Part shown: piece by piece, positions 11,336-24,044 of the stretch | Layout: each line of letters opens with the position of its first letter | How positions within the stretch are numbered: position 1 is the first letter of the stretch | Assembly: GCA_964252035.1 (NCBI GenBank) | Contig: OZ176202.1 | Length of the DNA stretch: 64,000 nt | Reading direction: 5' to 3' (one strand) | DNA from: Podarcis erhardii | Lineage: Eukaryota | Position numbers and translations under genes: made by a program | Notes under the pieces: model-generated | What the model was told of the DNA's origin: nothing | The model's database searches: none | Seen by the model: only the letters and a program-made list of their open reading frames with translations

Positions 11336-13443
11336 AACACATAGTCCCCCATCCAGTTTGAAACCATACTGGACCCTGCTTAGCTTTGCAAATGTGCTAG
11401 CAGTTTCATTGCTGCACCACTAGCTTAATCGAGGCAATTGATTGAGTGGAGGTGCTCCTAGTAAAAAAAAGGTGATGGGCCCTGGAATAATAACTCCTGT
11501 TAGGATACTCTTTGCAGAATGTCTGCAGTTTGGCGGCATGCTTGGATTCAGCCGTTGAATGCACAGGTGACAGGAGTACCTTAAGCTGTTTTGCCAAATG
11601 TGTCTGACCAAGACACCATCCTTATAAATTCAGTATAGAGAAGGAAGGCAGAAAGCCCATTTATACATTCTCTTTGTGGTTCTTCATGGGTTAAAAGCAG
11701 AAGAGAAAGAAAAGGTGGTGTTTAAACAGGGTGGGGCTATCTCCTTGGGGAGAGGCAGGTCGGTTTTCTGCTTTGAACATGGCTGCCAGGCTTTCCTTCC
11801 CACACATTACTACACTCTTGTAGATTCCACATCTAAATAAACCCAGAGGGACTTTTTATGAGTCATAATTACAGCATAAACACACAGACTCACACTGAGA
11901 TAACAAATGCCAAGGTAGTAGAGAAGATAACAGGTAAACACGGATACTTCTTTTTCACCTTACTCTGCTCTTTGAAGCTAATGGCAAATTTCCACCTGCC
12001 TTGATCTCTTTGTTTAGTTAAGAGCAGAAGAAATACATCGGAATACAAACTACAGTCAGGGTTTTACAGGAAAACATTGACTGGAGGTTATTTGCAATTT
12101 ATTGCCTCTTGATTTATGGGTGAGTTTTGGATGAGAAGCAAGAAAGGCATCAAATCTTGACACAGTGGTAGGGTGTACAATCATGTTAACAATGCACCCA
12201 TGTTCGTTTTAACATTGAAACAATTCATTTTAACATTAAAATAAAAAAGAATATGGAAGCATTTCTTTTTTTGTTCTTTGCCTTTATTTTACATGGGGAC
12301 TCAGAAATCTGGCAGTGGGAGTGGTATGTTGCCTGCAGATTTAATGCCACCTGGGTGAAAAACACCAGCTTGCAGCAATGGCAGCAGGAGACAGGATGAG
12401 TTTCCACTGAAATCAGTAAGGAAATCAAAGAGGAAGGCAATGGAGAAAAAAAGATAAAACAGAAGAAGGCAGTTAAAATAAAGGGAAACAGAAAGGGTGT
12501 GACTTTCAAAACATTTGTTTTCATTGCATGGCCAAAGTTCCATTTTCAGGAGCAATGTAGATGCTGGATTTACCATGGAGTTTGAACTGGCAGAGCGTGA
12601 AATGAGCCAGTCTACATGAAATACTTTTAAGTATAATTGGATTTCAGGACATGTTTAAATCTGTCCGCCTGATAGCAATGGGGTGGGATTCAATCATGTT
12701 TAGCTGTGCATGGATCATGCCCACTCTTTGCACAGGGATTTTTATTTATTCTGTTTTGTTGCCAGTTCATCTCCCCCACCCGCTTCACTTACTGCTCTTG
12801 GAAGGGATACTAAGACACAAAAGAAAGCTACATTTTGCCATTTAATTTAATTTAATAGAAACTAGTGTTTGCACAGAAAGGTCTGCAAGATCTGCAGCGT
12901 CTCAGTTAAAAAAGAAAGTTCTGTTGGTTTTAAGACAATAATAAAAAAAAACCAACAGAAAATGTTCTTATGATCTTCCACCTCTTTCCATTTCTACCTG
13001 GCAGTAAACTCTGAAATACTGTTGTGTTGTAACCTTTTTTTATTACTCTTATTACAGTTTTGTTTACAAAGCTAAACGGACAACCCACATGATTAAAGGA
13101 ACCGTATTGCTGTCACAATCCACAAATTGCCTTAGCCCTGGAAAAATAACAAGGCTTGCTCCAGTAGTGTAATTCGAAACTCTGGTTTCTAGACAGCAGA
13201 TGTGGCTGTTAAATACCTGGGCAAAGTCTGAGGTCATAGTGTCTAAGAAATTAACAGGATATATTATCTCTTATCAAAGGACTGGGGAACCTCACATGCG
13301 GGAGGACAAATGCCAGGGACTTTTCTTAGGCTTTGCCCCAGCCTATGCCCTTGCTGAGCACTTTTGTTTGGCTGGAACGTGTCAGCGCAGAAGGGAATGG
13401 TGAAGAGAATATAGGAGCATTAGAAGCTGCCTTACTTATACCA

Positions 13444-13799
13444 AGGCCACATTACATTCACACCATACATATCACTTGAAGCAACTCAAAGAACTCTGGG
13501 AGCCATGGTTTGTTATGGCTGCTGAGACTTCTTAGAAGAACATTTCCCCCTTCCAGACCTACAGTTTCCATAGTTCCCTATGTTAAATCAATCTCCAGAA
13601 CTGTAGGTCTGGGGAATAAGTGTCTCCTAACATCTCTCAGCACTTAAACCACTGTGGGAATTGTAGCTCTGGGAGGGGAATAGAGGTCTCCTAACAAGTT
13701 TCAGCACCCATAACAAACAACGGCTCCCAGAATTCTTTGTAGAAACCATGACTGTTTATAGTAGTATGATACTACTTTTAATGTATGTGACTGTGGCCC
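13444..13799. mobile_element. Palindromic MITE-like repeat (GGCCACAT termini, internal GGGAATTGTAGCTC repeats)
   Basis: Imperfect terminal inverted repeats GGCCACA / TGTGGCC. Internal motifs are shared with 26605-26810. Confidence 0.55.
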
Positions 13800-13842
13800 A
13801 GGTCAGATGATTGATGCATCTAGCTCAGAATTGTTTGGGAAC

Positions 13843-14166
13843 CAGTAGTTCCCAATTTCTCTCTCTCTCCTGGATGCCTTGAAGATTGCTGAGGGTCTTG
13901 GTAGACCATTTAATGCAGCTGTAATGTGCTGTGCTAGGTGCTGTACTCTTTTTAACTGTATTTTTATTGCTCCTTTTATTTCTTATATAATATTTCCTTG
14001 CATTACAAATTGAATTCCATAGGATGCAACTGATAATACAATCAAATGCAATATAAAAAATAAAAGAAGCAATAAAAATACAATTAAAAATCAGTATGTA
14101 TATTTAATACTGGCACATCACAGACCACCGGAATGGAACTTGTGAACCACAGTTTGGGAACTCCTG
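13843..14166. mobile_element. Degenerate hAT/Charlie-like element
   Basis: Termini CAGTAGTTCCCAA / TTGGGAACTCCTG, with a Charlie-like GAACCACAGTTTGGGAAC end. No TSD. Confidence 0.45.
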
Positions 14167-14976
14167 GTCCACACTGACTGACAGCTACAACTCAGGGCTT
14201 CAGGCAGGAGTCTTTCCCAACCTTGCCTCAAGATGCTAAGAACTGAACCTGAACATGCAGAACTGGTTGTGGTACTTCTGGCAGTGGTTAGAATAAAAAT
14301 TGCTAAATGTTGGAGGTCAGCTGGTGGGCCCTCTTGGGAGGGGTAGATAAGTACTATTTGGACTGAGCATTTTGTGTATCACCAGGTACTGCAAAACATG
14401 ACAGATCTGATAAGATCCAGTTGCAGGAATAACTTCATAGATCCTCACCTGCCTGCAGCACACCATAGGATAATGAGGAAGGGTTACCTGCCTGTGAATT
14501 TGCCTGCGGATTGTGTTGCTTAGTGATAGTTGCATTGCAACAGGAAAATAGATTTCGCGTTTGTGTGTACACTGCCTTTAAATCCCACTGCAATAGTGTC
14601 GGGTTGGAATTGATTTATTGTTTAGAAATGTTTAACAAATACATTTTTGGGGAGGGGAGAATTGAACCAGGAACCTTTGGCATTCAAAACAGTTTCTCTG
14701 CCTCTGAGCTGCAGCGGTTCTCCCACAGAAAATGAACAAACTCGTTTAATCATAGTCTGGGGATCACTCATCTATATTACCTTTATGTTGCCTCTTCAGT
14801 AAATGCTGGCTCATGTTTATAGCAGAGATACACAAAACACAGAAGCCATGAGGGGGAAGTGTAATGGAAAGGTTTAATCAGCAGGAGACTGAATGACCTA
14901 CCGAAGAAGAACTTGGTCAGATATTATCGTAAAAGTCCTATTGGCTCTCACTGCCAGCAGCTCACTTGTTTTTTTT

Positions 14977-15027
14977 TTCTTCTTCTTCTTCTTCTTCTTC
15001 TTCTTCTTCTTCTTCTTCTTCTTCTTC
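14977..15027. repeat. (TTC)17 microsatellite
   Basis: Read directly; follows a T run. Confidence 0.95.
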
Positions 15028-17045
15028 ATTTGTCAGGCATTGATTTACTCTGCTATTTTTTCCGCCTTAAGAAAAAATTAACAGTGCCCTTTTTATCTAT
15101 AGATAATTTCCATTTACTGTAGGTGGTTCTTTTTGATGCCAAAGACCTCTTTGTACACTTGCAACAACAATCAATGCCATCGCCTCCCTTGAATAATTAA
15201 GGTCTACAGTCACGCTTCATCTATTGACCCTGTGCAGTAGACACAAACATAATTTTGAGATAGAGGTTTTGGATAAGGCACAAGATTCCCCCAAAATATC
15301 AATGTATTTAATACCTGTCAAGAAGGCATGGCCTTATTTTACTTTTTTTGAGAAACAAGCCCCGGCTTTATCCTTAATGACCATTATTAGCACTGGCCAA
15401 GAAAGCAGCCCTAAATGCAACAATACAGTAAAGCATAACAAAGAAACCTTCAAAGGATAGTATGAATCAGCCTGTTTCAGAATAAGGATTCCCATGAAGC
15501 AACACGAATTAAAAAAACAAAACAAAAAACTGCATCCATTAGAGAGGCGAGATGAAACAAACATTGTCGTCAGTCAGACAAATGGCTTGTGACCAAAGTC
15601 CTGAACATATTCATTTGAAAGTAGATCTCATTGATTTCAAAGAGGGTTACTTCCAAATAACCATCAGTTTGTGCTTAGGGCTCCAAGCACGATGCCAAAA
15701 TTACTTACATACCATTTTTAATTCCATAAAGTGGATTGGTTTGTTGTGATTTGAGATTGTAAGTCTATAGGAAGGGCTTGGTGATTTTTAGTTGTGTCTG
15801 TACTGCACTATCTGCAGTAGTATTCTCTAAGTGGTGTAAATTATGATGGTTATGGGTTGTATCCCAAGTTATGTGAGCAGAAGGCCGTTCTGGCAATAGG
15901 GGTTTCCTGCCCCCTTCTCCCTACCATTAGCTGCCTCTGATTTTCACCCGCTCCTGCTGCATCTTCCTGCACAACACCCCAGACTTCTAAGTGGCCCTGC
16001 ATTCCCAGAAAATGCTTTGGAAGCCCCTCTGCGTGAGCAGATGTTTTCTTGTGTGGCTTTTGATAGACAACTCTACCATTTGAATGTACGCTTACCAACA
16101 CCTTAACCACAGTAGAAGCAATTCAGACATGTTTGAGAGCAGCAGCAGGCAATTTCTGTTCTCATATTTCCCCTCTTTCCGCCCCCCTCCCAAAGGATGC
16201 TCAGTACTTTCAGCCAGTGCATGTCAATTACATACCAGAGCAAAAGAGAATGCCTGGAAAGATTCAAGTCATCTAGTATCCATCTCACTCCCTCCACCTC
16301 AAGCTTGGTAGCACGGACAATAATCTCTTTATCAGGGTGTGTAGTATTCCCTTTTGCACTGGGAATGAGCAGTTCTGCAGATGGGAATTTGTTCTGCTTT
16401 CAGTTATATCTTGCTGTATCTGGGCAATGAGTTCATAGTTCCATGTTCCTCTGCTTTTCAAAGTTAAATGCTAACATCTTTAATATTTTGTTAGGCAGTT
16501 CCTCCCCTATTCTAGAATGGCTTTGATCATGCCATACTGACTTAAGGCCAGACTTTAGGAGCAACAGTTTCATATAATGGGATATACCAACATCTAGAAA
16601 ACTACCTTCTGGCTGCCTGGGAATATTTTATAAGTCCTTCCAAGGCACGCTGCTCTCAGACCTGGCTGCAGCCAGCAAGTTAGACTTCTCTGTCACAATC
16701 TGCCTAACCTTTCTTCAGCTCTGGGCCTATTCAGATGGCTATTTTATTTTGGAAGTATACAGCAGCATGTTGTTGATGCATTTGTAGTGCACTTGAATTC
16801 CACCCCACTTTATCAGTTGCTCTGTGATGCTCTCTGATGTTCCTGCATTATTGCATCCACACGTGAACTCCCCACCCCATATTCAAGGGTCTTTGTTCCT
16901 GCCCTCCCCCATTCACCCCTTTTTTCTGAGTGCAAGTTAGTTGTGCTAAGATGCCATGCTACTGGACTTTCGTTTTGGTGCTTTTTAAGTGTTCCCTGTT
17001 CAGGTTATATGATGGCTGTGCTAAATCATCACTCATCTCCAGACC

Positions 17046-17212
17046 CAGTGGCGTAGCGTGGGGGGTGCAGGGGGGGCCGGCTGCACCGGGCGCAACACCT
17101 GGGGGTTACGGTTGGGGGCGCAAATCCACGGGTTAGGGGGCGCAAATCCACGGGTTAGGGGGTCAAATTACTTGCCTTGCCCCGGGTGCTGACAACCCAC
17201 GCTACGCCACTC
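17046..17212. mobile_element. hAT-type MITE
   Basis: TIR CAGTGGCGTAGCGTGGG / CCCACGCTACGCCACT, a perfect 8-bp TSD TCCAGACC (17038-17045 / 17213-17220), and an internal 22-bp tandem duplication. Confidence 0.9.
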
Positions 17213-19471
17213 TCCAGACCCAAAAACCAAAGGAATGCCAGTATCCATCATCAGCAGTATATGGAAGCGGCTACATCACAAAAAGCAGTTACAATCTGGT
17301 ACATTGCTAAGCTACTCTTGCACTATAATGCATTAAAAACGGCAGGGGGGGGGGGGAAGAACATCATTTACCATATAAAAAGTTATGAGATTTTAACAAG
17401 AGACAACAGGACAGGGACCTATTGCAATAGAAGCAGTATAACTACTGTACCCCAAAACGTTTCCAGCTGCAAGTTGTATTGAAAGTGCAGTTGCATATAA
17501 CTGCTCCAATATCATCATGAGCATGATATAATGATAAATGCACAATAAAAAGGATGTCTCAAGGGCCCCCTGACTCATAGCCTTCCTTGCCCACTTTTTG
17601 GTGAGCTGTGTTCCTGGAGTTTGATCCGCTCACCTGGCTGCAACCTGAATGAAGCTGTTATGGGACCATATCAACCTGCTTCCTAGATTCCTAGGCCCCT
17701 GCTGGGGGAATTCTGCTATGTCCTGACATACATCATGCTATTCTGCCATTTCAAGGCCATTAGTACACACAAGAAGAAGGCATTAGCACAGATTACGTCA
17801 ATAATTTTTCACCTGCTTCTTATCTGCCTAGCTCAGTAGGAGAGCACGCCTCAGGTTCAATTCTCCAGACAGGAGCAGCTGCCAGACAATGTAGGCAGCA
17901 TTTAGCAAGATGGAACAGTGGTCTGGCTTGGTGCAAGGCAGCTTCCAGTGCTCATTCTTTCCCCCATTTGTCTCAGTTTTGATGATAATCTGATCACAAA
18001 TCCCCTTTTTAAGACAGAGGCTATGTAAGCATTGAAGAATTCAAGAATGAGCTCTGTGGATTGAGAGTTTGAGGAGATTGTCTATCCAGAGCTATTAGCT
18101 TATTATTACTGCAGAGTCTTAACATTTCCATTTGCATGTCCAGTTCTGATAAAAACATAGAAGATTGCAACACACCTTTTCATTGACCACTGGCTACCAG
18201 ATGCCCTGGCGGAAACTGCTGGAAGCATATAGTGATTTAAGAAAGCTGCTACAGTGCATGGCTTAAGGATTCATGGTTGCTGTGAATGATTGTGTGGGCC
18301 TGACTTAGGAGGTGTTGCCAGACAGACGGTACCATCAAATAAGGAATAGTGTGATGCACAGAGCAGGCAGGCACCCACATGGCAGCTGCACTTAAATGGC
18401 ACCAATGCACAGTACATATTTGTGTGTGCCATATACAGATGGCTTGCATGTTGAATGCAGAACGTGAATGAGTGTCTTGTGAAGGCTGTCTCTTTAACAG
18501 CATATAAGCAACATGCACCCAATCTGTGGGAGCTGCACAAAGAATCTCTGGACAAGGAGGAAGGGTTTGCCCTTCTCAGAAAGAAATCCACTGACACAGA
18601 TTCCCTTTGCTGTATTTTCGCTAGAGCACTGCATTCTGTGGCTACACTCCTGATTGCTATTATTGTATTCTGAATCTTATCAAAGTCACTGGAGACACAA
18701 CACACGAGTAAGTAGCTCTTTGGAAACCGCTCGACTTCCCCCAATGCTGTAAAACTGTTTTCGAAATAACATTGTTACTCTCCTGCATACAAATTCATTG
18801 CTGCTATTTAGTGTCTTTGTTTCAGTCCAAGTGTTCTGTGCTTGGTATGGTTAGCTGTGCAATGACAAGGGAGCTGCCCTCCCACTGCAGATTTGTTGCT
18901 TGGTAAAGGGAGCCGCCAAAGATACTGCAATGTCATGTCTTTTTATCTCCACGCCTGGATTGCCAAAGAGCCTCCAGGAGGAGTGAAGGACAAGATCGTT
19001 GTGAGGAGAAGAGGAAATAGCTCAGATCTTCTTCTTTTCACAAGAGAGGCATGCAACGACTTGTGGCAGAGCGTTTCAGAACATCTGAGCTTTAATCTTC
19101 GTTTTCAGTTATTCTCACTGCAGTTAACAGAAGCTTTCAAAGCAATTTCATATAAAACTTATTCTTGATTCACTTTACAGTATATCCTAAAAGCATGTCT
19201 GCAGTACACACTGAAAGCAGTTTAAAACCGTGCCGTGTTGGTGGTGCATCTTAGACCAAAGCCCAGCACTTGCAGTATCCAAAAGGTAAACACAAATTGC
19301 CCTGCTTTTCTCTATTCCTCTGTTATGGGAGAAAGGGAGAAAATGAGATATATCACTAACAACCCATTGACATTACTATCATCCTGGCATGTTCTGACTG
19401 GGCTGAGAGCCCACCAAGATGGGCAGGAACCAACTTGGAGCAGAAGGTGGCCAGCAACAGGTAGCAGGGTG

Positions 19472-19716
19472 CAGTCGTGTTGCAACGGGGGTGCAGGAGG
19501 GGGCGGTGTGCCCCGGGTGCCATGTCTGGGGGGGTGACAAGAAGGCACCCTGCAGGGCTCACCCTGCCACAGTGGTGTGAGCAGCCATCGCGCCGCTGCA
19601 GCGGCATGTAGAGGATCCTCTGTTCACGGCTGCAGCCACAAGCAGAGGATCCCAGCACCGTCCATATGGCACTGGAGCGGTGGCACTGGCAAACTATGGC
19701 TGGAGCGGTGGCACTG
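19472..19716. mobile_element. GC-rich hAT-like MITE derivative (related to 46124-46399 and 17046-17212)
   Basis: Left end resembles the 17046 element. It shares the identical 22-mer CTGCAGCCACAAGCAGAGGATC with 46267-46288. Confidence 0.6.
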
Positions 19717-19754
19717 ACTGCTTCTTTCCTCATATGCCTTCCTATAGTTCACAC

Positions 19755-19756
<2 letters not shown>

Positions 19757-19794
<38 letters not shown>
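19757..19794. repeat. (TG)19 microsatellite
   Basis: Read directly. Confidence 0.95.
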
Positions 19795-19798
<4 letters not shown>

Positions 19799-20019
19799 AA
19801 CTATCAGCTGTGGTCGCATGGGTATGCAACTGCATTTTAGGGATCAGTTGAAGATTTATGTGAGTGAATCAGGGACTCAAACATTTGTTTAGTTTGACTT
19901 CTCTTTGGGTTCAGCTGTGAGTGAAGTTGGCTCTTATTTCAGCAGGCTTTTTAATTGAATTCCAATTTTCTATTTTTAACTCATTTTCAGTCTTATTGTA
20001 CTGGATCTCCTGTACACCA

Positions 20020-20611
20020 CTTAGAGACAACTGTGATTACTGCAATGCATTATACATACGGCTGCCTCTCAAGATGGTATGGAAACTTCAAGTGGTGCAG
20101 AATTTGGTGGTCAGGTTGCTCACTGGGACAAGACGGTTTGAGCATATTACACCAATCCTAGCCTGACTGCACTGTCTGCCAATTAGTTTCTGGGCCCAAT
20201 TCAAAGTGCTGATTTTGACCTATAAAGCCTTAAGTGGCTCAGGACTGCAATACCTGAAGGACCGCCTCTCCCCATATGAACCAACCTGGACCTTTTGTTC
20301 ACCATCTGAGGCCCTTATTTGTGTAGCTTCCTCACAAGAGGCCCAGAGGGTGTCAAACGGGCCTTTTCTGTGGTGGCTCCCCACTTGTGGAATGCTCTCC
20401 CCAGGGAGGCTTGTTTGGCATCTTCATTACATATCTTTAGGCACCTGGTAAAAAATATTACTTTTCAACCAGGCTTTGGGCTGTTGAACATTCTATGGCA
20501 TTTTAAATGTGTTTGTGGGAGGGGGGTTATTTGTTTGTTTTTGTATTGTATTTTGTATTCTCATTTTGTGTGTTCCATTGTGAACCACCCTGGGATGAAG
20601 CGCGGTATACA

Positions 20612-20659
<48 letters not shown>
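20020..20659 (+). mobile_element. L2-clade LINE 3' fragment, decayed
   Basis: Translates to DYCNALY.RLPLK..WKLQVVQN..VRLLTG....EHITPIL and FKVLILTYKALSGSG..YLKDRL (L2 C-terminus), and ends in an (ATT)n tail at 20612-20659. Confidence 0.9.
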
Positions 20660-21453
20660 GTTCACCTAGACCCACAATTGGGTAGATCTGATAAAGAGGG
20701 AATGGAATGACCTGTGCTTGTCTGTGATATGTGTACATGGTTATTATAGGCTGCTGTACACTACCTGCTCTGCTAGATTTTGCAATGGAAGGTCTCTTGC
20801 TGGAGTGTCAAGCAGAGCTCTCTTGCATGTGGAATGGTTTTCCAACAGCAAAGGAGCCCTACCACACTCCTAGTAAGCCACATGTCCAGTAGCAAAGGTA
20901 ATTTTGCATTTTGGAAATGTACCTTAAGCCTACCTAAACTGATGCATTTTAAACCCATGAAGGAGTGAGGCTTATTGCTGTAGTTAGGCCTTCCGTGCAT
21001 GCTATGACATTTTTAGTAACTGCAAATGCATAAACTTTCAAGAGGTTTTGTTATCATGGGCTAAACTGGAGGGGAAGAGAACCTAGTTAACATTGGCCAG
21101 GTTAGCCATTACTTTGCCTTAAAGAACTATGGTGTAATTAGGGCCCCCAGCAAAAGTATGGCTTCATTGTAGGAGAATTATTATATAGATAAGGAAACAG
21201 TTTATTTACAGATGGGAACAAGTGGAACAAGAACAGCCACTTCCTTATATGGAGATAGGGTGGAGAAGCGGACAAAATTACATGGTGACTGGGTCAAATT
21301 AATACCATAATATGATTCACCAGCAGCCAACAAATTTGTGGAATCTGGACATATGTACTCTCTCTTAATTTGTCCTTAATTTCCATGAAAAAATAGTGTG
21401 TTTGGTGTGTGTGTGTGTGTGGAGCTGACCTTCAGTTCTGTCCAATTATAATA

Positions 21454-21821
21454 AAGGTAAAGGTAAAGGTACCCCTGCCCGTACGGGCCAGTCGTGACTG
21501 ACTCTGGGGTTGCGCGCCCATCTCGCTTAAGAGGCCGGGGGCCAGCGCTGTCCGAAGACACTTCCGGGGCACGTGGCCAGCGTGATGAAGCTGCTCTGGC
21601 GAGCCTGCACCAACGCAGCACACGAAAACGCCGTTTACCTTCCTGCTATAAAGCGGTACCTATTTATCTACTTGCACTTAAGGGTGCTTTTGAACTGCTA
21701 GGTGGCCAGGAGCTGGGACCGAACAATGGGAGCTCACCCCACCACGGGGATTCGAACCACCGACCATACGATCAGCAAGTCCTAGGCGCTGAGGTTTTAC
21801 CCACAGCGCCACCCGCGTCCC
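21454..21821 (-). mobile_element. Sauria SINE, full length (subfamily A)
   Basis: Collinear with 6168-6532. 13-bp TSD TCCA(A/G)TTATAATA (21441-21453 / 21824-21836). Confidence 0.95.
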
Positions 21822-22049
21822 TTTCCAGTTATAATATTGTATTCTAAATCAAAGAGCTATCTATAATCAGAAATTGCCTTGCTCTTATTATGAACCAGAG
21901 TCTGCTAAGGAAGAACCTCACAAATATTCTGTGTAATCAACTGTTCTGTGTCATCAACATAAGTGTATGGCTGTGGTCCAAATGTAAATACTCTTGAGTG
22001 ACAGAATTTATCAAACAGAATGTGAGGGCACTGCATCTTTATTCTACAT

Positions 22050-22237
22050 TAGGAACATAGGAAGCTGCCTTAAATTGAGTTGGACCATTTGGCCCATCCA
22101 ACTCAGCTACCCTGACTGGCAATGGCTCTCCAGGGTTTCAGGAATGGGACGTCCCAGCCCTGCCTGAAGATGCTGATGACAGAAGCTGGGACCTTCTGCA
22201 TTCAAAGGAGATGCTCTGCCACTGAGCAACAGACCCT
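22050..22237 (-). mobile_element. tRNA-Ala-derived SINE with CR1-like tail
   Basis: Minus-strand head resembles tRNA-Ala(UGC) (GCTCAGTGGCAGAGCATCT...GAAGGTCCCAG). Tail is GGCAGCTTCCTATGTTCCTA. Confidence 0.8.
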
Positions 22238-22801
22238 ATTTGAGCTGTAACTCCTAGTGTTGGAAGATATAGAGCCACTAGTGGCTCAGTCCATCTCTCC
22301 TAATCCTCAGCACAACTCTGGCATTAAGGGCTCTATGAACTTGAGTGTTCTTTGGGCATTTAAACACTCTACTTATAAAAAGCAAAGGTAGCCACGAGAG
22401 CTGAACCATACAGCACACATAGAAGTGAAATTCCTCACCCATGTAACTCCAGTTTCCCCCTGCCCCTCTTCCATTGTGCTATGTGCTAGAACATTAGAGA
22501 TGCCACAAAGATGAGCAGGCAATTCAATTTTTTCAGTTTGTAGATTATGCCCCCATTGCAAAATTTTGTGGGTGCTTGTGTAATTTTGTAAAACCAACGC
22601 AGTTGCAGAACAGCTTTCACCAGAGAAGCATACAGCTCACCGCATTACTGTTACAACTTCTTGCATTTCCACTTCTGTTTTCTCCTCCATGATAGGATCT
22701 CCCTTGAAGGACATCAGACGACAGCCTTTTTTTCAGGGAAACTGATGGACACACACTGGCCACTTTCATTGGTCATCAGTTCTGCTGATGGTAAGCAGAA
22801 A

Positions 22802-22943
22802 TTACAGAACTGTAGAATTGGAAGGGTCCACAAGGATCATCTAGTCCAACCCTCTGCAATGCAGGAATCTTTTTGCCCAACTTGAGACTCAAACCCACGA
22901 CCCTGAGATTAAGCATCCCCTGCTCTACCAACTGTGCTATCCC
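22802..22943 (-). mobile_element. tRNA-Lys(CUU)-derived SINE with CR1 3' tail
   Basis: The minus strand reads ATAGCACAGTTGGTAGAGCA...CTTAATCTCAGGGTCGTGGGTTTGAG...TTGGGC, matching vertebrate tRNA-Lys-CTT. It is followed by GGTTGGACTAGATGATCC...TTCCAATTCTAC (CR1 tail). Confidence 0.85.
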
Positions 22944-22958
22944 ACTTGAGCTATGCAG

Positions 22959-23115
22959 AAGGGCTTTGGCTCAGTGGTAGAGCATCTGCTTTGCATGCAG
23001 AAGGTCCCATGTTCAACCCCCAGCACCACCAGATAGGACTGAGAGGAACTTTTGCCTGACACCCTGGAGAGCTGCTGCCAGCCAGAGCTAGGTGCACTAA
23101 TGGCCTAACTTGGAA
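22959..23115 (+). mobile_element. tRNA-Ala-derived SINE
   Basis: A box TGGCTCAGTGGTAG and B box GTTCAACCC (23011-23019). Same family as 22050-22237. Confidence 0.8.
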
Positions 23116-23213
23116 TGCGCCTACGTAGTGACAAGAGTTCCTTTCACTGATATTCAGAAGCTGTCAATAGGAAGAAAATGGTGATCAGGTAATAACATTA
23201 TAAATATTTGAAA

Positions 23214-23458
23214 AATAATAATAATAATATAATAATAATTTATTATTTATACCCCGCCCATCTGGCTGGGCTTCCCCAGCCACTCTGGACGGCTTTCAAC
23301 AAAAGATTAAAAATACATTAAAACATCAGTCATTAAAAACTGCCCTAAACAGGGCTGCCTTCAGATGTCTTCTAAACGTCAGATAGTTGTTTATTTCTTT
23401 GACATCTGATGGGAGGGCGTTCCACAGGGCAGGCACCATTACTGAGATGGCCCTTTCA
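23214..23458 (-). mobile_element. L2-clade LINE 3' end with (TAA)n tail
   Basis: The minus strand encodes VPALWNALPSDVKEINNYLTFRRHLKAALFR. The 3' UTR CCCCGCCCATCTGGCTGGG is shared with the 26859 and 60125 copies. Confidence 0.9.
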
Positions 23459-23589
23459 TCTTTCAATGATTCACCCCTTCTGGTCAGGTCGATTTGCCCT
23501 TGTCCCATTATATTCGTGTCACCTTGAAGGCCACGTCCGCCGGCTTGAAATCTCCAAGTGTCTCTATTGTTCACAAACACTCCTTATCC

Positions 23590-23968
23590 TAAGGACATAA
23601 GAAGAGCCAGCTGGATCAGGCCAATGGCCCATCTAGTCCAGCATCCTTTCTCACAATGGTCATAATGGGAGCGGGTACATTATTGGGTTGTTGCTGTTGT
23701 TATTTTGATTATGGATTTTGTGGTTTTATATTTTTATTTTGTTTTGTAAACTGCCCTAAGACCTGCGGGTAGAGGGCGGTATATAAATTAAATAATAAAT
23801 AAATAAATGAACCTGATGCCTATAGGAAGCCTACAAGTGGCACATAAGTGCAACAGCACTCTGCCCCCCTCTGATTCCCAGCAACTAGTATTCAGAAGCA
23901 TGCTGACTCTGACAGCAGAGGTAGAACATGAACACTATGGCTACTAGCCACTGATAGACTTAAATCCC
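23590..23968 (-). mobile_element. Older CR1 3' end, split by a nested insertion
   Basis: ACATAAGAAGAGCC...GGATCAGGCCAATGGCCCATCTAGTCCAGCATCC continues after 23809 with CTGATGCCTATAGGAAGCC...CAGCAACTAGTATTCAGAAGCAT. Confidence 0.75.
23662..23808 (+). mobile_element. L2-type 3' tail nested in CR1
   Basis: TGTAAACTGCCCTAAGACC...GGGCGGTATATAAAT plus an (AAAT)n tail, interrupting the CR1 fragment. Confidence 0.65.
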
Positions 23969-24044
23969 TCCTGCAAAATACTGACAGTCTGAGGGCATCT
24001 GTAAGTAGGCAACAGGGTGACGATTCTGCTGCATCAGCTTCTCA

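Noticed and set aside
22870-23030. Possible tRNA-Lys and tRNA-Ala genes
   Set aside because: Acceptor and anticodon stems are broken and both continue into SINE bodies or tails, so they are SINE heads.
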